A DNA stretch of 64,000 nucleotides, taken from contig CAZSUC010000002.1 in NCBI GenBank assembly GCA_964610055.1, positions 82,283 to 146,282 of the forward strand. Reading direction: 5' to 3'. Below are positions 48,151-57,988 of this stretch, piece after piece. The translations under genes and the position numbers were made by a program. A model generated the notes under the pieces. It had not been told where the DNA came from and ran no database searches. It was given only the letters and a program-made list of their open reading frames with translations. The DNA comes from an uncultured Candidatus Saccharibacteria bacterium (GTDB lineage: Bacteria > Patescibacteriota > Andersenbacteria > UBA10190). Position 1 is the first letter of the stretch. Each line of letters begins with the position of its first letter.

Positions 48151-50565
48151 ATGACAGAAATATACGATTTTAAGAAAATAGAGCCGAAATGGCAGGCAAA
48201 GTGGGAGGAAGCGAGTATTTTTCAAGCGCATGATTTTACGGATAAACCAAAGAAATATGTTTTGGTAGAGTTTCCGTATCCTTCTGGAGACGGTTTACAT
48301 GTGGGGCATTGTCGAAGTTATACCGCGTTAGACATAGTTGCCCGCAAGGCGCGAATGTCTGGATTTAATGTGATGTATCCGATGGGATGGGATGCGTTTG
48401 GCTTGCCGACAGAAAACTATGCCATTAAAACCGGAGTGCACCCAGCAGTGGCGACCCGAAAGAACACGGATAATTTTAGACGGCAAATGAAATCATTAGG
48501 ATTTTCGTTTGATTGGTCACGAGAAATTAATACGACTGATCCGCAGTATTACAAATGGACACAGTGGATTTTCTTAAAGTTATTAGCGGCGGGGTTAGCA
48601 TATAAGGAGAAAATGCCGATTAATTGGTGTCCGTCGTGTAAAATTGGTTTGGCAAACGAAGAAGTAGTTAATGGTGCGTGTGAGCGATGTGGGGCAGAAG
48701 TGGAACAGCGCGAGATTGAGCAATGGATGCTTAAAATTACAGCGTATGCGGATAAATTACTGGAAGGTCTGGAACAGGTGGATTTCTTGGATCGGGTAAA
48801 GGAGCAACAGCGCAATTGGATTGGGAGATCAGAAGGAGCGGAGATTGATTTTGTGGTGGGGAGTGAAAAAGTAAGCGTATATACAACTCGAATTGATACG
48901 ATATTTGGGGTGACAGCGTTGGTTTTAGCGCCGGAACATGCATTGGTCAAACAATGGTTGGATAAAATTGAGAATCGTAAGGAAGTGGAGGAATATATTA
49001 ACCAGACACGCAAGAAATCAGAATTTGAGCGCAAAGAAACAATACAAGAGAAAACAGGAGTGGAGTTGAAAGGGATTCGGGCAATTAATCCGTTTACGCA
49101 AGATGAAGTGCCGGTTTGGATAGGTGATTACGTGATAGCAAGTTATGGATCGGGAGCAGTAATGATGGTGCCGGCGCATGATGAGCGGGACTTTGCATTT
49201 GCGCGCCAATATAATGTGCCGATTAAAATGGTAGTGAAATCAGAAAAACATTTAGATAATGAAGTGATGGATGCGGCTTTTACGGCGGATGGGGTGTTAG
49301 TTAATTCCGGAGAGTTCTCAGGGCAAAAAAGCCAAACTGCTCGAGACAATATGATAAACTGGGTTGAGCAAAATGGGTGTGGTCGGAAACGCATACAGTA
49401 TCATTTGCGTGACTGGGTGTTTTCTCGGCAACATTATTGGGGCGAGCCGATACCAGTAGTTTATTGTGAGCAATGCGGAATTGTGCCAGTTCCGGCAGCT
49501 GAATTACCGGTAACTTTACCAGAAGTGGAGAGATATGAGCCAACAGATACAGGAGAATCGCCGTTAGCGAGCATAGATGACTGGGTCAAGACGTCGTGTC
49601 CAAAGTGTGGTGGCGAGGCGAAACGAGAAACAGACACTATGCCGAACTGGGCAGGGTCAAGTTGGTATTTTTTACGATACATTGATCCGAAAAATGATGA
49701 GATGTTAGCGGATCCACAGAAATTAAAGTATTGGTTACCGGTTGATGTCTATAACGGAGGGATGGAGCATACTACTTTGCATTTACTGTATTCTCGTTTT
49801 TGGAATCAATTTTTATACGATCAGGGTATAGTGCCGGTCAGTGAGCCGTATGCTAAAAGAACTTCGCACGGTATGGTTTTAGGCGAAGGTGGGATTAAGA
49901 TGTCAAAATCGCGTGGTAATGTAATTAATCCGGATGATGTGGTGGCAGAGTACGGAGCTGATACATTAAGAACATATGAAATGTTTATGGGTCCATTTGA
50001 TGGGGCTAATGCGTGGAGTACGGACGGGATTGCAGGAGCGTCGCGATGGTTACGACGAGTTTGGGATTTAATAACAACAAGTGAGATTGGAACTGAAATG
50101 AACGAATCGTGGCAGTTGCGGATGCATGAAAGTATAAAACGAGTTACGGAGGCAATTGATCAGTTTAAATTTAACACGATAGTATCGGCTTTGATGGAAT
50201 GGTTGAATGCTTTAGAAAAACAAGAAGGCCAGAGCCGAGTAGAATTAGAGACATATGTTATTTTATTAGCACCATTGGCGCCTCATATTGCGGAAGAACT
50301 GTGGGAGTTTTTGGGGCATAAAGATTTAGTTGCAACGCAAGCTTGGCCAAAATATGAGGAGGAAATTTTAAAAAGCGGTTTAGTAACGCTAGCAATTCAG
50401 GTGAATGGTAAATTGCGTGGCAAATTAGAGTTAGAGCGTGGTGTCAAACAAGCAGACGTAGTGAAAGCAGCACAAGCCTTACCAAATGTAGCTAAATATT
50501 TAACGGGGGGGAAAGTAAAGAAAGAGATTTTTGTACCGGACAGGCTGATCAATTTTGTTGGTTAA
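48151..50565 (+). CDS. leuS: leucine--tRNA ligase
   Basis: HVGHCRSYT (HIGH), KMSKSRGNV and editing-domain motifs. 804 aa. Confidence 0.95.
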   Translation: MTEIYDFKKIEPKWQAKWEEASIFQAHDFTDKPKKYVLVEFPYPSGDGLHVGHCRSYTALDIVARKARMSGFNVMYPMGWDAFGLPTENYAIKTGVHPAVATRKNTDNFRRQMKSLGFSFDWSREINTTDPQYYKWTQWIFLKLLAAGLAYKEKMPINWCPSCKIGLANEEVVNGACERCGAEVEQREIEQWMLKITAYADKLLEGLEQVDFLDRVKEQQRNWIGRSEGAEIDFVVGSEKVSVYTTRIDTIFGVTALVLAPEHALVKQWLDKIENRKEVEEYINQTRKKSEFERKETIQEKTGVELKGIRAINPFTQDEVPVWIGDYVIASYGSGAVMMVPAHDERDFAFARQYNVPIKMVVKSEKHLDNEVMDAAFTADGVLVNSGEFSGQKSQTARDNMINWVEQNGCGRKRIQYHLRDWVFSRQHYWGEPIPVVYCEQCGIVPVPAAELPVTLPEVERYEPTDTGESPLASIDDWVKTSCPKCGGEAKRETDTMPNWAGSSWYFLRYIDPKNDEMLADPQKLKYWLPVDVYNGGMEHTTLHLLYSRFWNQFLYDQGIVPVSEPYAKRTSHGMVLGEGGIKMSKSRGNVINPDDVVAEYGADTLRTYEMFMGPFDGANAWSTDGIAGASRWLRRVWDLITTSEIGTEMNESWQLRMHESIKRVTEAIDQFKFNTIVSALMEWLNALEKQEGQSRVELETYVILLAPLAPHIAEELWEFLGHKDLVATQAWPKYEEEILKSGLVTLAIQVNGKLRGKLELERGVKQADVVKAAQALPNVAKYLTGGKVKKEIFVPDRLINFVG

Positions 50566-50587
50566 TAAGACCTGGTAAGATATAGGT

Positions 50588-53500
50588 ATGCCTACCTATA
50601 ATCGGCAAGCTTCGTTGCGACTACGATATCGAAGTAGTGGGTGGCGCGAAGTGTTGCCAAGTGTGCGTGGTTTAGCAACGATTATTTTAGTTGTGTCGTT
50701 AGTTGTAGGGGCGTGGCGATGGATTACTCAGCCGGCTGGGGTAGTAGCGTTACAGTTTACACCACATACGATTGGGAGCATGCCGGGATTGAGAGGAGTT
50801 TTGATTAAAGATGTTGATGGTGATGAACAGACAGATATTGTGACGGCAAGCCAGTACGGAGTTAAAGTTTGGCGTCAGACGGAGGCTTGGAAATTTGAGT
50901 GGACGCTAGTAACGGACAAGGATTCAGAACGAGTCTATGCTGATGATTTGGATGAAGATGGTGATGTTGATTTATTGATTACATATGCGAGTAGTACAAC
51001 CGGAGCGGAATGGTTTGAAAATTTGGGTGAGATGGAATTTACTGATCATCCTTTAACTGGTTGCGGAAAACAGGCAGTGGCAGCCATAGGAGATATTGAT
51101 GGAGATGGAAGTAAGGATATGGTTACAGCTGGTTCGTCGGGAGATAAACGAATATTAATACGATGGATCAATGACGGATCAGGCTCGTTTACAAAGACAC
51201 AATTAAGTGCCGACAGTGGAGTTAAGGCGGTCGCGATCGGAGATTTAGATGATGATGGATATAACGATATTGTGACTGGTGGCTCTCAGGGTTTGCAGCG
51301 CTGGGACACAGAAGATGGGTATAGCTGGACACGTAAGGATATTCAGGATGATCAAGAAGATCAGATTAGTTTAGATATTGCAAAAGATGAGTCGCAAGAA
51401 GATGTAGTGATTGGAGGAGTGGACGGAAGTGCGGTTAAATTATTTCGTTCAAATCAATATAATACGCAGACAATAAGTGAAGACGTAGACGGGAAAACTG
51501 TAGTGTTGGTGGATATGAATAATGACACTTATTTAGATGCAGTGGTGGCAGCACAAGATGATAATGAAGTTTATTGGTATCGAAATACGGGGGATGGAGA
51601 GTATGAGCGAGAGACCTTAGCTGCTGGGCTGCAGAGCGTATATGGAGTGGCCGTGGGGGATATTGATGGTGATGACGATTTGGATTTTGTGACAGGAGAT
51701 TTGTATGAGGGGGATATTCAAGTTTATGAGCGAACACGAACGGAGCCAGTGGCAGAAAAGCCCAGCAGTATTCAGCAAAGCACGAATGGATCCGGTTTAG
51801 TGACATTTGACGTAAAAGTGTCGGATGAAGATTATGATGAGACGCGCTTACGGGTACAATATTCAACTGATGGGGTTAGTTGGGATAAGCCTTGGATTAC
51901 AAAGATTAGTACTGATAATGGCGAAGCCGATATCATTAATCGAAATGGATTTCAAGTTGGAACAAGTGATGGGATTGATACAGATACAAATGATGACGTA
52001 ACGGTAACGTTTACATGGGATACAAAATCTATTCTGAATACAGGAGGCGCTTTAACCGGGGAATACACTAAGGTGTGGTTACGGGCTTTGCCCCGAGATG
52101 ATTACAGTACGGGAACGCATGCAGTGAGCGATGTTTTCGTGGTGGATAACCAGGCTCCCACCGGAGTGGGGGGATTAAAGATAGTATCTTTCACGAATGG
52201 CTCGGCAAGTATGAGTTGGAATAAACCGGCTGACAGTAGTAAGTATACTTATACAATTTATTACGGGACGGATAGTGCGGCAGTTTTAGATAAGGAATCG
52301 GATGTGTGGGATGGAGAAGACGATGAAAGAATGGATAAGACTGATACGTTGGATACGGTGATTACGGGATTGAAATCAAATACCGCGTATACGTTTAAGC
52401 TCTATGTAACGGATATCTATGGGAATGAAACAGCTGCTTCAAGTGTACGAGGAACTTCGCAAACGGTGACAGGTAGTGTTACACCAACACCGACCAGTAC
52501 AACTGCAACTGGAACGCCAACACCAACACCAAAAGAAACGACAGTACAGAGCGCGACACCGGCGGTAGAAGCAACGCCAACGTCAACCCCAGTGCCAACA
52601 TCGGTAAAATTACCAAGCACTTTGGAAGATAATCGAGCACCGGTGGCGGACGCGGGAACGGATCAAGTGGTGAATCCGAAAGCGTTAGTTGTATTAGATG
52701 GGTCAGCATCTTATGACCCGGATGTTGGCGATACTGGTTCATTAAGTTATCGTTGGCGTCAATTAAGTGGATCGGCGGTTAAATTACAATCAGCATCAAC
52801 TTCGCAAGCCTCTTTGGTGGCGGGGAGTGAAAATGATTCGTATGTATTCGCTTTGACGGTTAGCGATACGATGGGGGCTTCAGCGACTGATACGGTAACA
52901 GTGGCGGTAAGAGCTTTAGCAACTGAAAGCACAGTGCCGATTGCAGTGGGTGGTGAAACGTCGCCTGTACCAACGCAATTACCAGAGCCAGAAGAAACTG
53001 AACCGGCTTTTGTACGCCACGTGCTTAAGCCGGCGGATATTGTGTTGTTTATTCTGTCAGTATTATCAACTTTAGTGTTAGTAATTGAGCGTATTTTGCG
53101 ATCTTGGAATAGTCGAACTAATCGAGTTCCGCGTGCGGTGCTAGGGGGAGGTCGGGACAGTTTACAAGGGAAAGTGATTCATTATAAAACGGGAGAGCCA
53201 ATTGTAGGGGCACGCATAATGATTTATGACGGAGAGGGTAAATTGCGAGCAACAGAAGTAACAACTGATCAAGGTACGTTCCCAACATTTTTCCCGGCTG
53301 GACAATATACTTTAGGTGTTAAGATGACTGGATTTACATTTGCGCCGGCGGCAAAAGCCGTTGTGCCAGAAAATAGTATTGTTTATAGTGGCGGTAAGTT
53401 AACAGTGCAAGATCCGAATCAACCGCTTTCGATTGTGATTCCTATGAAGCCAACGGCGGGAGAAGTATCGTCAATGCGAGTACAAGTTTTGCATGCATGG

Positions 53501-53980
53501 CAATCGGTGCAGCGATGGGGAAGAATGTTGTCTTGGCCGTTATTCTTAGCTGGTTCATTGCTAAATACAGCCTTAATTTTTATTGTGCCATCGCTTTCAT
53601 ATTTGGCATTAGAAGGGTTGTATATAGGTTTGATTATTGCGAAGATTGCGTTAGAAGTGAGGATGCGTCCAGCGTATGGGTTAGTTAGAGACGCGATTAC
53701 GCATGTGTCATTAGATTTAGCAGTGGTACGATTATTAGAACAAAAAACAAATCGATTAGTGATGACGCGAGTAACAAATAGTCAGGGAAAGTTTTTTGCC
53801 TTACCGCCCGCAGGAGTATATCGAGTAACAGTAACAAAGCCGGGATATGCGAGTTTTAGTCGAGATGATGTTGAAATTAAATCGGAGCATGATACAACAT
53901 TGCAAATGACAGCTGATTTAATGCCGATTGCTCCGCAAACGACGCGAGGATTGGTAGGCGCGCGAGCAGCAGTGTTGTAA
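50588..53980 (+). CDS. giant polytopic surface protein: N-terminal anchor, FG-GAP beta-propeller, FN3, T/P-rich linker, PKD-like domain, then TM helices alternating with two CarboxypepD_reg-like domains
   Basis: Seven FG-GAP-like repeats (DVDGDEQTDIVTAS, DLDEDGDVDLLIT, GDIDGDGSKDMVTAG, GDLDDDGYNDIVTGG...). FN3-like segment APTGVGGLKIVSFTNGSASMSWNKP...YTFKLYVTDIYGNE. PKD-like segment ADAGTDQVVNP...LDGSASYDPDVG...SYRWRQLSG. TM helices near aa 820 and aa 985-1030. GKVIHYKTGEPIVGARIMIYD and NSQGKFFALPPAGVYRVTVTKPGY are CarboxypepD_reg-like. Confidence 0.55.
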   Translation: MPTYNRQASLRLRYRSSGWREVLPSVRGLATIILVVSLVVGAWRWITQPAGVVALQFTPHTIGSMPGLRGVLIKDVDGDEQTDIVTASQYGVKVWRQTEAWKFEWTLVTDKDSERVYADDLDEDGDVDLLITYASSTTGAEWFENLGEMEFTDHPLTGCGKQAVAAIGDIDGDGSKDMVTAGSSGDKRILIRWINDGSGSFTKTQLSADSGVKAVAIGDLDDDGYNDIVTGGSQGLQRWDTEDGYSWTRKDIQDDQEDQISLDIAKDESQEDVVIGGVDGSAVKLFRSNQYNTQTISEDVDGKTVVLVDMNNDTYLDAVVAAQDDNEVYWYRNTGDGEYERETLAAGLQSVYGVAVGDIDGDDDLDFVTGDLYEGDIQVYERTRTEPVAEKPSSIQQSTNGSGLVTFDVKVSDEDYDETRLRVQYSTDGVSWDKPWITKISTDNGEADIINRNGFQVGTSDGIDTDTNDDVTVTFTWDTKSILNTGGALTGEYTKVWLRALPRDDYSTGTHAVSDVFVVDNQAPTGVGGLKIVSFTNGSASMSWNKPADSSKYTYTIYYGTDSAAVLDKESDVWDGEDDERMDKTDTLDTVITGLKSNTAYTFKLYVTDIYGNETAASSVRGTSQTVTGSVTPTPTSTTATGTPTPTPKETTVQSATPAVEATPTSTPVPTSVKLPSTLEDNRAPVADAGTDQVVNPKALVVLDGSASYDPDVGDTGSLSYRWRQLSGSAVKLQSASTSQASLVAGSENDSYVFALTVSDTMGASATDTVTVAVRALATESTVPIAVGGETSPVPTQLPEPEETEPAFVRHVLKPADIVLFILSVLSTLVLVIERILRSWNSRTNRVPRAVLGGGRDSLQGKVIHYKTGEPIVGARIMIYDGEGKLRATEVTTDQGTFPTFFPAGQYTLGVKMTGFTFAPAAKAVVPENSIVYSGGKLTVQDPNQPLSIVIPMKPTAGEVSSMRVQVLHAWQSVQRWGRMLSWPLFLAGSLLNTALIFIVPSLSYLALEGLYIGLIIAKIALEVRMRPAYGLVRDAITHVSLDLAVVRLLEQKTNRLVMTRVTNSQGKFFALPPAGVYRVTVTKPGYASFSRDDVEIKSEHDTTLQMTADLMPIAPQTTRGLVGARAAVL

Positions 53981-54043
53981 TGGTCTGGACTTTAGGGGGA
54001 GAGTTAGTTTAACGTAATAACAAGATTAATAATCATACGATAT

Positions 54044-54730
54044 ATGAAAGCAGTTGTTTTAATGGCCGGGAAAGGCACGAGAATGGCTAAATATTATGAA
54101 GGTCCAAAGCAACTTTTGCCTGTGCAAGGTAAGCCGGTAGTTGAGCACGCCTTAGATATGTTGCCAGCAGAAATTGAGAGTCTTGTGTTTGTGGTGGGAG
54201 GACCACATGAACAAACGATTCGAGAGTATTTTAAAGCTGGTGAGTATGGTGGTCGTCCAATTGAATTTGTACAGCAAAAAGAACAATTAGGGTTAGCGCA
54301 TGCGTTTAAGACAGCTGCTCATTTATTGGAAGGACGTTGGTTGGGAATGGTTGGTGATGATATTTTTGGACCAGAGGGGATGAAGAGTTTGGTAAAAGAA
54401 CCTTTGTCAGTGTTAGCGTCACGAGTACCGAATCCACAGAATTTTGGTGTATTAGTAACGGATGAAAATGGTTATTTAGTGAAGTCAGTTGAAAAGCCCC
54501 AAGAGTTTATTTCTGATTTAGCTTGGAATGGGGCGATGGTGATGGATGAATCGTTTTTTGAATTAGAGGTAGCGCCGTCAGCGCGAGGTGAGTACGAAAC
54601 GCCAGATGTCTGGATGAAGATGATTACTGATAGAAAAGCGCAGATTAAAGTGGTGGAGGCTGATTTTTGGTTGCCAATCAATGATAAAGACCAGCTAGAA
54701 GAAGCAGAAAGAATTTTGGCGGAGAAATAG
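54044..54730 (+). CDS. sugar-phosphate nucleotidyltransferase (NTP_transferase family)
   Basis: MKAVVLMAGKGTRM (the G-x-G-T-R motif), 228 aa. Confidence 0.7.
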   Translation: MKAVVLMAGKGTRMAKYYEGPKQLLPVQGKPVVEHALDMLPAEIESLVFVVGGPHEQTIREYFKAGEYGGRPIEFVQQKEQLGLAHAFKTAAHLLEGRWLGMVGDDIFGPEGMKSLVKEPLSVLASRVPNPQNFGVLVTDENGYLVKSVEKPQEFISDLAWNGAMVMDESFFELEVAPSARGEYETPDVWMKMITDRKAQIKVVEADFWLPINDKDQLEEAERILAEK

Positions 54731-54746
54731 GTTGTAACGCTAGGGA

Positions 54747-56066
54747 TTAAGCGCGGCCAACAGAGTGATAAACAAAGCCGCGCTTTTCCATGTCGGTCGG
54801 ATCAAACATATTGCGGCCATCAACAATAATAGGGCTGGTTAACATTTGGCTAACTTTATCCCAGTCTGGTTCTTTGAATTCATCCCAGTCAGTGAGAATA
54901 ACAAGAGCGTCTGCGCCTTTAAGGGCATCATATTTATCAGTAACGTACGTGACTTGATCACCAATAACCTCTTGGGCAGTAACACGTGCTTCAGGATCGT
55001 AAGCTTGCAGCAAGGCGCCGTCGTGGTGGAGTTGTTTAACAATATCAATGGAGGGAGCATTGCGCATGTCATCGGTGTTGGCTTTGAAAGCTAGTCCCCA
55101 GATGGCAATGGTTTTGCCTTTAGTGACCCAAAGCGCTTGCTCGATTTTTTGCAGAAAGAGCTGTTTAGCTTGTTCATTGATTTGAGCAACTTCTTTTAAA
55201 AGGCCAAAGCCATAACCTAGTTCTTCGGAAATGGTAATAAAAGCAGAAACGTCTTTCGGAAAGCAGGAACCGCCATAACCAACTCCGGCTTTTAAGAAAT
55301 GAGAGCCAATACGTTTGTCGGAGCCCATACCGGCAACAACTTGATCAATGTTAGCGCCAGATAATTCACAGATTCGAGCCAAAGCATTAGCAAAAGAGAT
55401 CTTGGTGGCTAGAAATGAGTTGCTGGCATGTTTGATTATCTCGGCGCTTTTAACGTCAGTGACAATGAAGGGTGCGTTAATGGGAGCATAGATTTCGCGC
55501 ATAATTTTTTCGGCGCGAGGATTGTCGACGCCAACTACGACGCGATCTGGCTTGAGAAAATCTTCAATAGCCGAACCTTCGCGTAAGAATTCAGGGTTGC
55601 TAACAACGTCAAAATCAATGCCACGCTTGTTGTATCGAGCAATAGTTTCGCTAACACGTTCGCCGGTTTGGACTGGAACAGTGCTTTTGTCGACAACAAC
55701 TTTATAGCTATCAGCGACTTCAGCGATTTCACGTGCGGCTCCAGCAACGTAAGAAAGGTCAGCTCGGCCGTTGGCCTGAGGCGGAGTATTAACAGCAATG
55801 AAAATCACATCAGAAGCTGCAACAGCATCTTTAAGACTGGTAGTGAATGAAAGGCGTTTGGCTTTGACATTTTTTAGAACCAATTCTTTGAGTCCAGGCT
55901 CGTAAATTGGAATAGTGCCTTCTTTAAGACGGTCAATTTTTTGTTTGTTATTATCAACTAAAATGACAGTGTGGCCGATTTCGGCTAAACAAGTACCGGA
56001 TACGAGACCAACATAACCGGCGCCAATGAAGGCTAATTTGTGAGTGCGATGTGTTTGGTTTGACAT
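54747..56066 (-). CDS. ugd: UDP-glucose 6-dehydrogenase
   Basis: Start placed at the internal ATG (MSNQTHRTHKLAFIGAGYVGLVSG NAD-binding motif). Catalytic GGSCFPKD. 439 aa. Confidence 0.9.
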   Translation of the reverse strand: MSNQTHRTHKLAFIGAGYVGLVSGTCLAEIGHTVILVDNNKQKIDRLKEGTIPIYEPGLKELVLKNVKAKRLSFTTSLKDAVAASDVIFIAVNTPPQANGRADLSYVAGAAREIAEVADSYKVVVDKSTVPVQTGERVSETIARYNKRGIDFDVVSNPEFLREGSAIEDFLKPDRVVVGVDNPRAEKIMREIYAPINAPFIVTDVKSAEIIKHASNSFLATKISFANALARICELSGANIDQVVAGMGSDKRIGSHFLKAGVGYGGSCFPKDVSAFITISEELGYGFGLLKEVAQINEQAKQLFLQKIEQALWVTKGKTIAIWGLAFKANTDDMRNAPSIDIVKQLHHDGALLQAYDPEARVTAQEVIGDQVTYVTDKYDALKGADALVILTDWDEFKEPDWDKVSQMLTSPIIVDGRNMFDPTDMEKRGFVYHSVGRA

Positions 56067-56133
56067 AAGAGAAAAATAGTTGATGAATGTATAAAAGTCA
56101 AAATGGTTTTCTAAATACAGTATACTAAAGAGG

Positions 56134-57309
56134 ATGCATATGCACATCCAACCGGCACCGCGATTTTGGGGGTGCGCGTTTAGTTTAACGGCCAAGCGTC
56201 AAATTAGGGAATTATATGCCTTTTTGGCGATTTTTTCGTTGGCTTTGGCGATGATTACAGTTTTTGAGCCGATTTTTTTCTATCAACTTGGATTCTCAGT
56301 TAGCAAAATTTTAGGATATTATGCTTTGCACTATAGTGCATATGTTTTATTGATGCCGTGGGGAGCAAAGTTTGCGGCACGGTTTGGTTATGAAAAATCA
56401 TTAGTTGTTTCCACGCCAATTTTGGCAATTTATTTTTTAGTCTTAGCAAGTTTGCCAGCAAGACCCGAATTATTTTGGGTGGCGTTTGTATTGTTAGCAG
56501 CACATAAGTCATTTTATTGGCCGGCATATCATGCAACTTTCATGGCATATTCGGTAGACGGAAATCGAGGAACAGAGCAGGGATGGCAAAGATTAATTAT
56601 TTATGGGATCGGAATAATTGGTCCGTTAGCTGGTGGAGTTGTAATTACTTGGTTTGGATTTCCGGTGTTATTTGTGATTGTGGCAGGAACGTTGGCGTTG
56701 GCTGGTATACCTTTATTAAGAACACGAGAAAAGCAAAGTGGTCGGACGTTGTCTTATAATGCTGCGTGGGAAATAGCAAAACGTCCAAGTGAACGCCGAT
56801 TACGTTGGTCAACCATTGGATGGGCAGAACATTTAGTGCATACCGTGATATGGCCGATTTGGTTATTTATGGTGTTAGAGAGTGCAGATATGTTAGGTTT
56901 GGTAGTTTCGATTAGCGTGGCTATTATGACGGTGTGGGGGTTTGTGGTAGGAGAATTAGCGGACCGGCGGACGCCGAGACAGGTTTTGCAATGGGGAGCG
57001 GTTGGCTTGGCCGGGACTTATATAATCAGAGCTGTGTCAGGAACTCCAATTAGTGTCATTGGTGCCGACGTGCTGGCTCGTGTCGGGAACACGTCGATGG
57101 AAGTGCCGTTGTTAGCCAGATTATATAAGTTGGGCAAACAAAAAGGAGCTTTGAAATATGCCTTAACGTTCGAAACGTTGCTGGCAGTGGCGAAAGCGGC
57201 GATGGCGATTATATTGTTAGTAATGTTTTGGTGGTTGCCGTCGTCGACAGCATTTGTGATGGCATTTGCTTTAGCTGGGGTAGCTGCGTTGTTTTATCGC
57301 GCTTTATAA
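56134..57309 (+). CDS. MFS-type transporter
   Basis: About 12 predicted TM helices and an MFS-like loop (GAKFAARFGYEKS). It is divergent from ugd. Confidence 0.6.
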   Translation: MHMHIQPAPRFWGCAFSLTAKRQIRELYAFLAIFSLALAMITVFEPIFFYQLGFSVSKILGYYALHYSAYVLLMPWGAKFAARFGYEKSLVVSTPILAIYFLVLASLPARPELFWVAFVLLAAHKSFYWPAYHATFMAYSVDGNRGTEQGWQRLIIYGIGIIGPLAGGVVITWFGFPVLFVIVAGTLALAGIPLLRTREKQSGRTLSYNAAWEIAKRPSERRLRWSTIGWAEHLVHTVIWPIWLFMVLESADMLGLVVSISVAIMTVWGFVVGELADRRTPRQVLQWGAVGLAGTYIIRAVSGTPISVIGADVLARVGNTSMEVPLLARLYKLGKQKGALKYALTFETLLAVAKAAMAIILLVMFWWLPSSTAFVMAFALAGVAALFYRAL

Positions 57310-57365
57310 TAAAAGGAAGTTCGGTGGTATTGGTTGTAGTTCTTTAACAAGAAAGGAGGTAACAC

Positions 57366-57752
57366 GTGTTATTGACTAAGACGAATGTTGGGCGTGTGGC
57401 AGAGTTGTTACAGTTAGTGTTGGGAACTGACCCGTATGCCATGGTAGTGGGGGATGCGGGGTACGAAGAAGGCGAGTTGCAAGCGTTAACGGGCTTGCGT
57501 TTGGATGCAGGTGGGGCAATGGAAATCGTGCAGGAAGAGGGGGCAGTACGGCTGATTGTGCATGGAGTGCCATGGGAATGGAACTGCGCTACGAGGGCTG
57601 ATGATGATGGCCATGATGACTATGGATATGACTTGCCAGATTTTACATTTAGGGAGGGATGGGTGCTGGTCACGGATTGCAGCTCCGAAGGGAATAGGCG
57701 GTATACGGTCTTTGTGCCCGGAATTACTGCTTATGCAGAAGAATCGGAGTGA
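57366..57752 (+). CDS. hypothetical protein
   Basis: GTG start 7 nt after AAGGAGG. 128 aa, acidic, with no recognised domain. GC content is somewhat higher than the flanks. Confidence 0.3.
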   Translation: MLLTKTNVGRVAELLQLVLGTDPYAMVVGDAGYEEGELQALTGLRLDAGGAMEIVQEEGAVRLIVHGVPWEWNCATRADDDGHDDYGYDLPDFTFREGWVLVTDCSSEGNRRYTVFVPGITAYAEESE

Positions 57753-57791
57753 ACCCAAAAGGCTCTGCTGAACTATGTTTAGCAGAGCCTT
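57751..57791 (-). terminator. intrinsic terminator downstream of tRNA-Leu (minus strand)
   Basis: aaggctctgct-N11-agcagagcctt hairpin (11-bp stem). On the minus strand it is followed by TTTTGGGTT. Confidence 0.55.
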
Positions 57792-57804
57792 AATACTTAA
57801 TTAG

Positions 57805-57888
57805 TGCCGAAGGTGGGACTTGAACCCACATGAGTGTAAACTCACACGATTTTGAGTCGTGCGCGTCTGCCAGTTCCGCCACTTCGGC
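57805..57888 (-). tRNA. tRNA-Leu (anticodon CAA)
   Basis: The reverse complement gives GCCGAAGTGGCGGAACTGGCAGACGCGCACGACTCAAAATCGTG(long variable arm)GTGGGTTCAAGTCCCACCTTCGGCA. It has a 7-bp acceptor stem, GTTCAAGTC T-loop, anticodon loop CTCAAAA and a long variable arm, for 84 nt in total. Confidence 0.85.
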
Positions 57889-57988
57889 TCAATTTGACCC
57901 GTAGCATCAGGGTAAATGAAGTCTGGATTCCTGCCAAGGGTTGTAAAAATATGAAGGTTTCACGTACACTAGAACTAAATAAAGCAAT

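Noticed and set aside
52417-52742. Minus-strand ORFs (67 and 87 aa) with G/V/P-rich products
   Set aside because: They are antisense to the Thr/Pro-rich linker of the giant surface protein, a compositional artefact.
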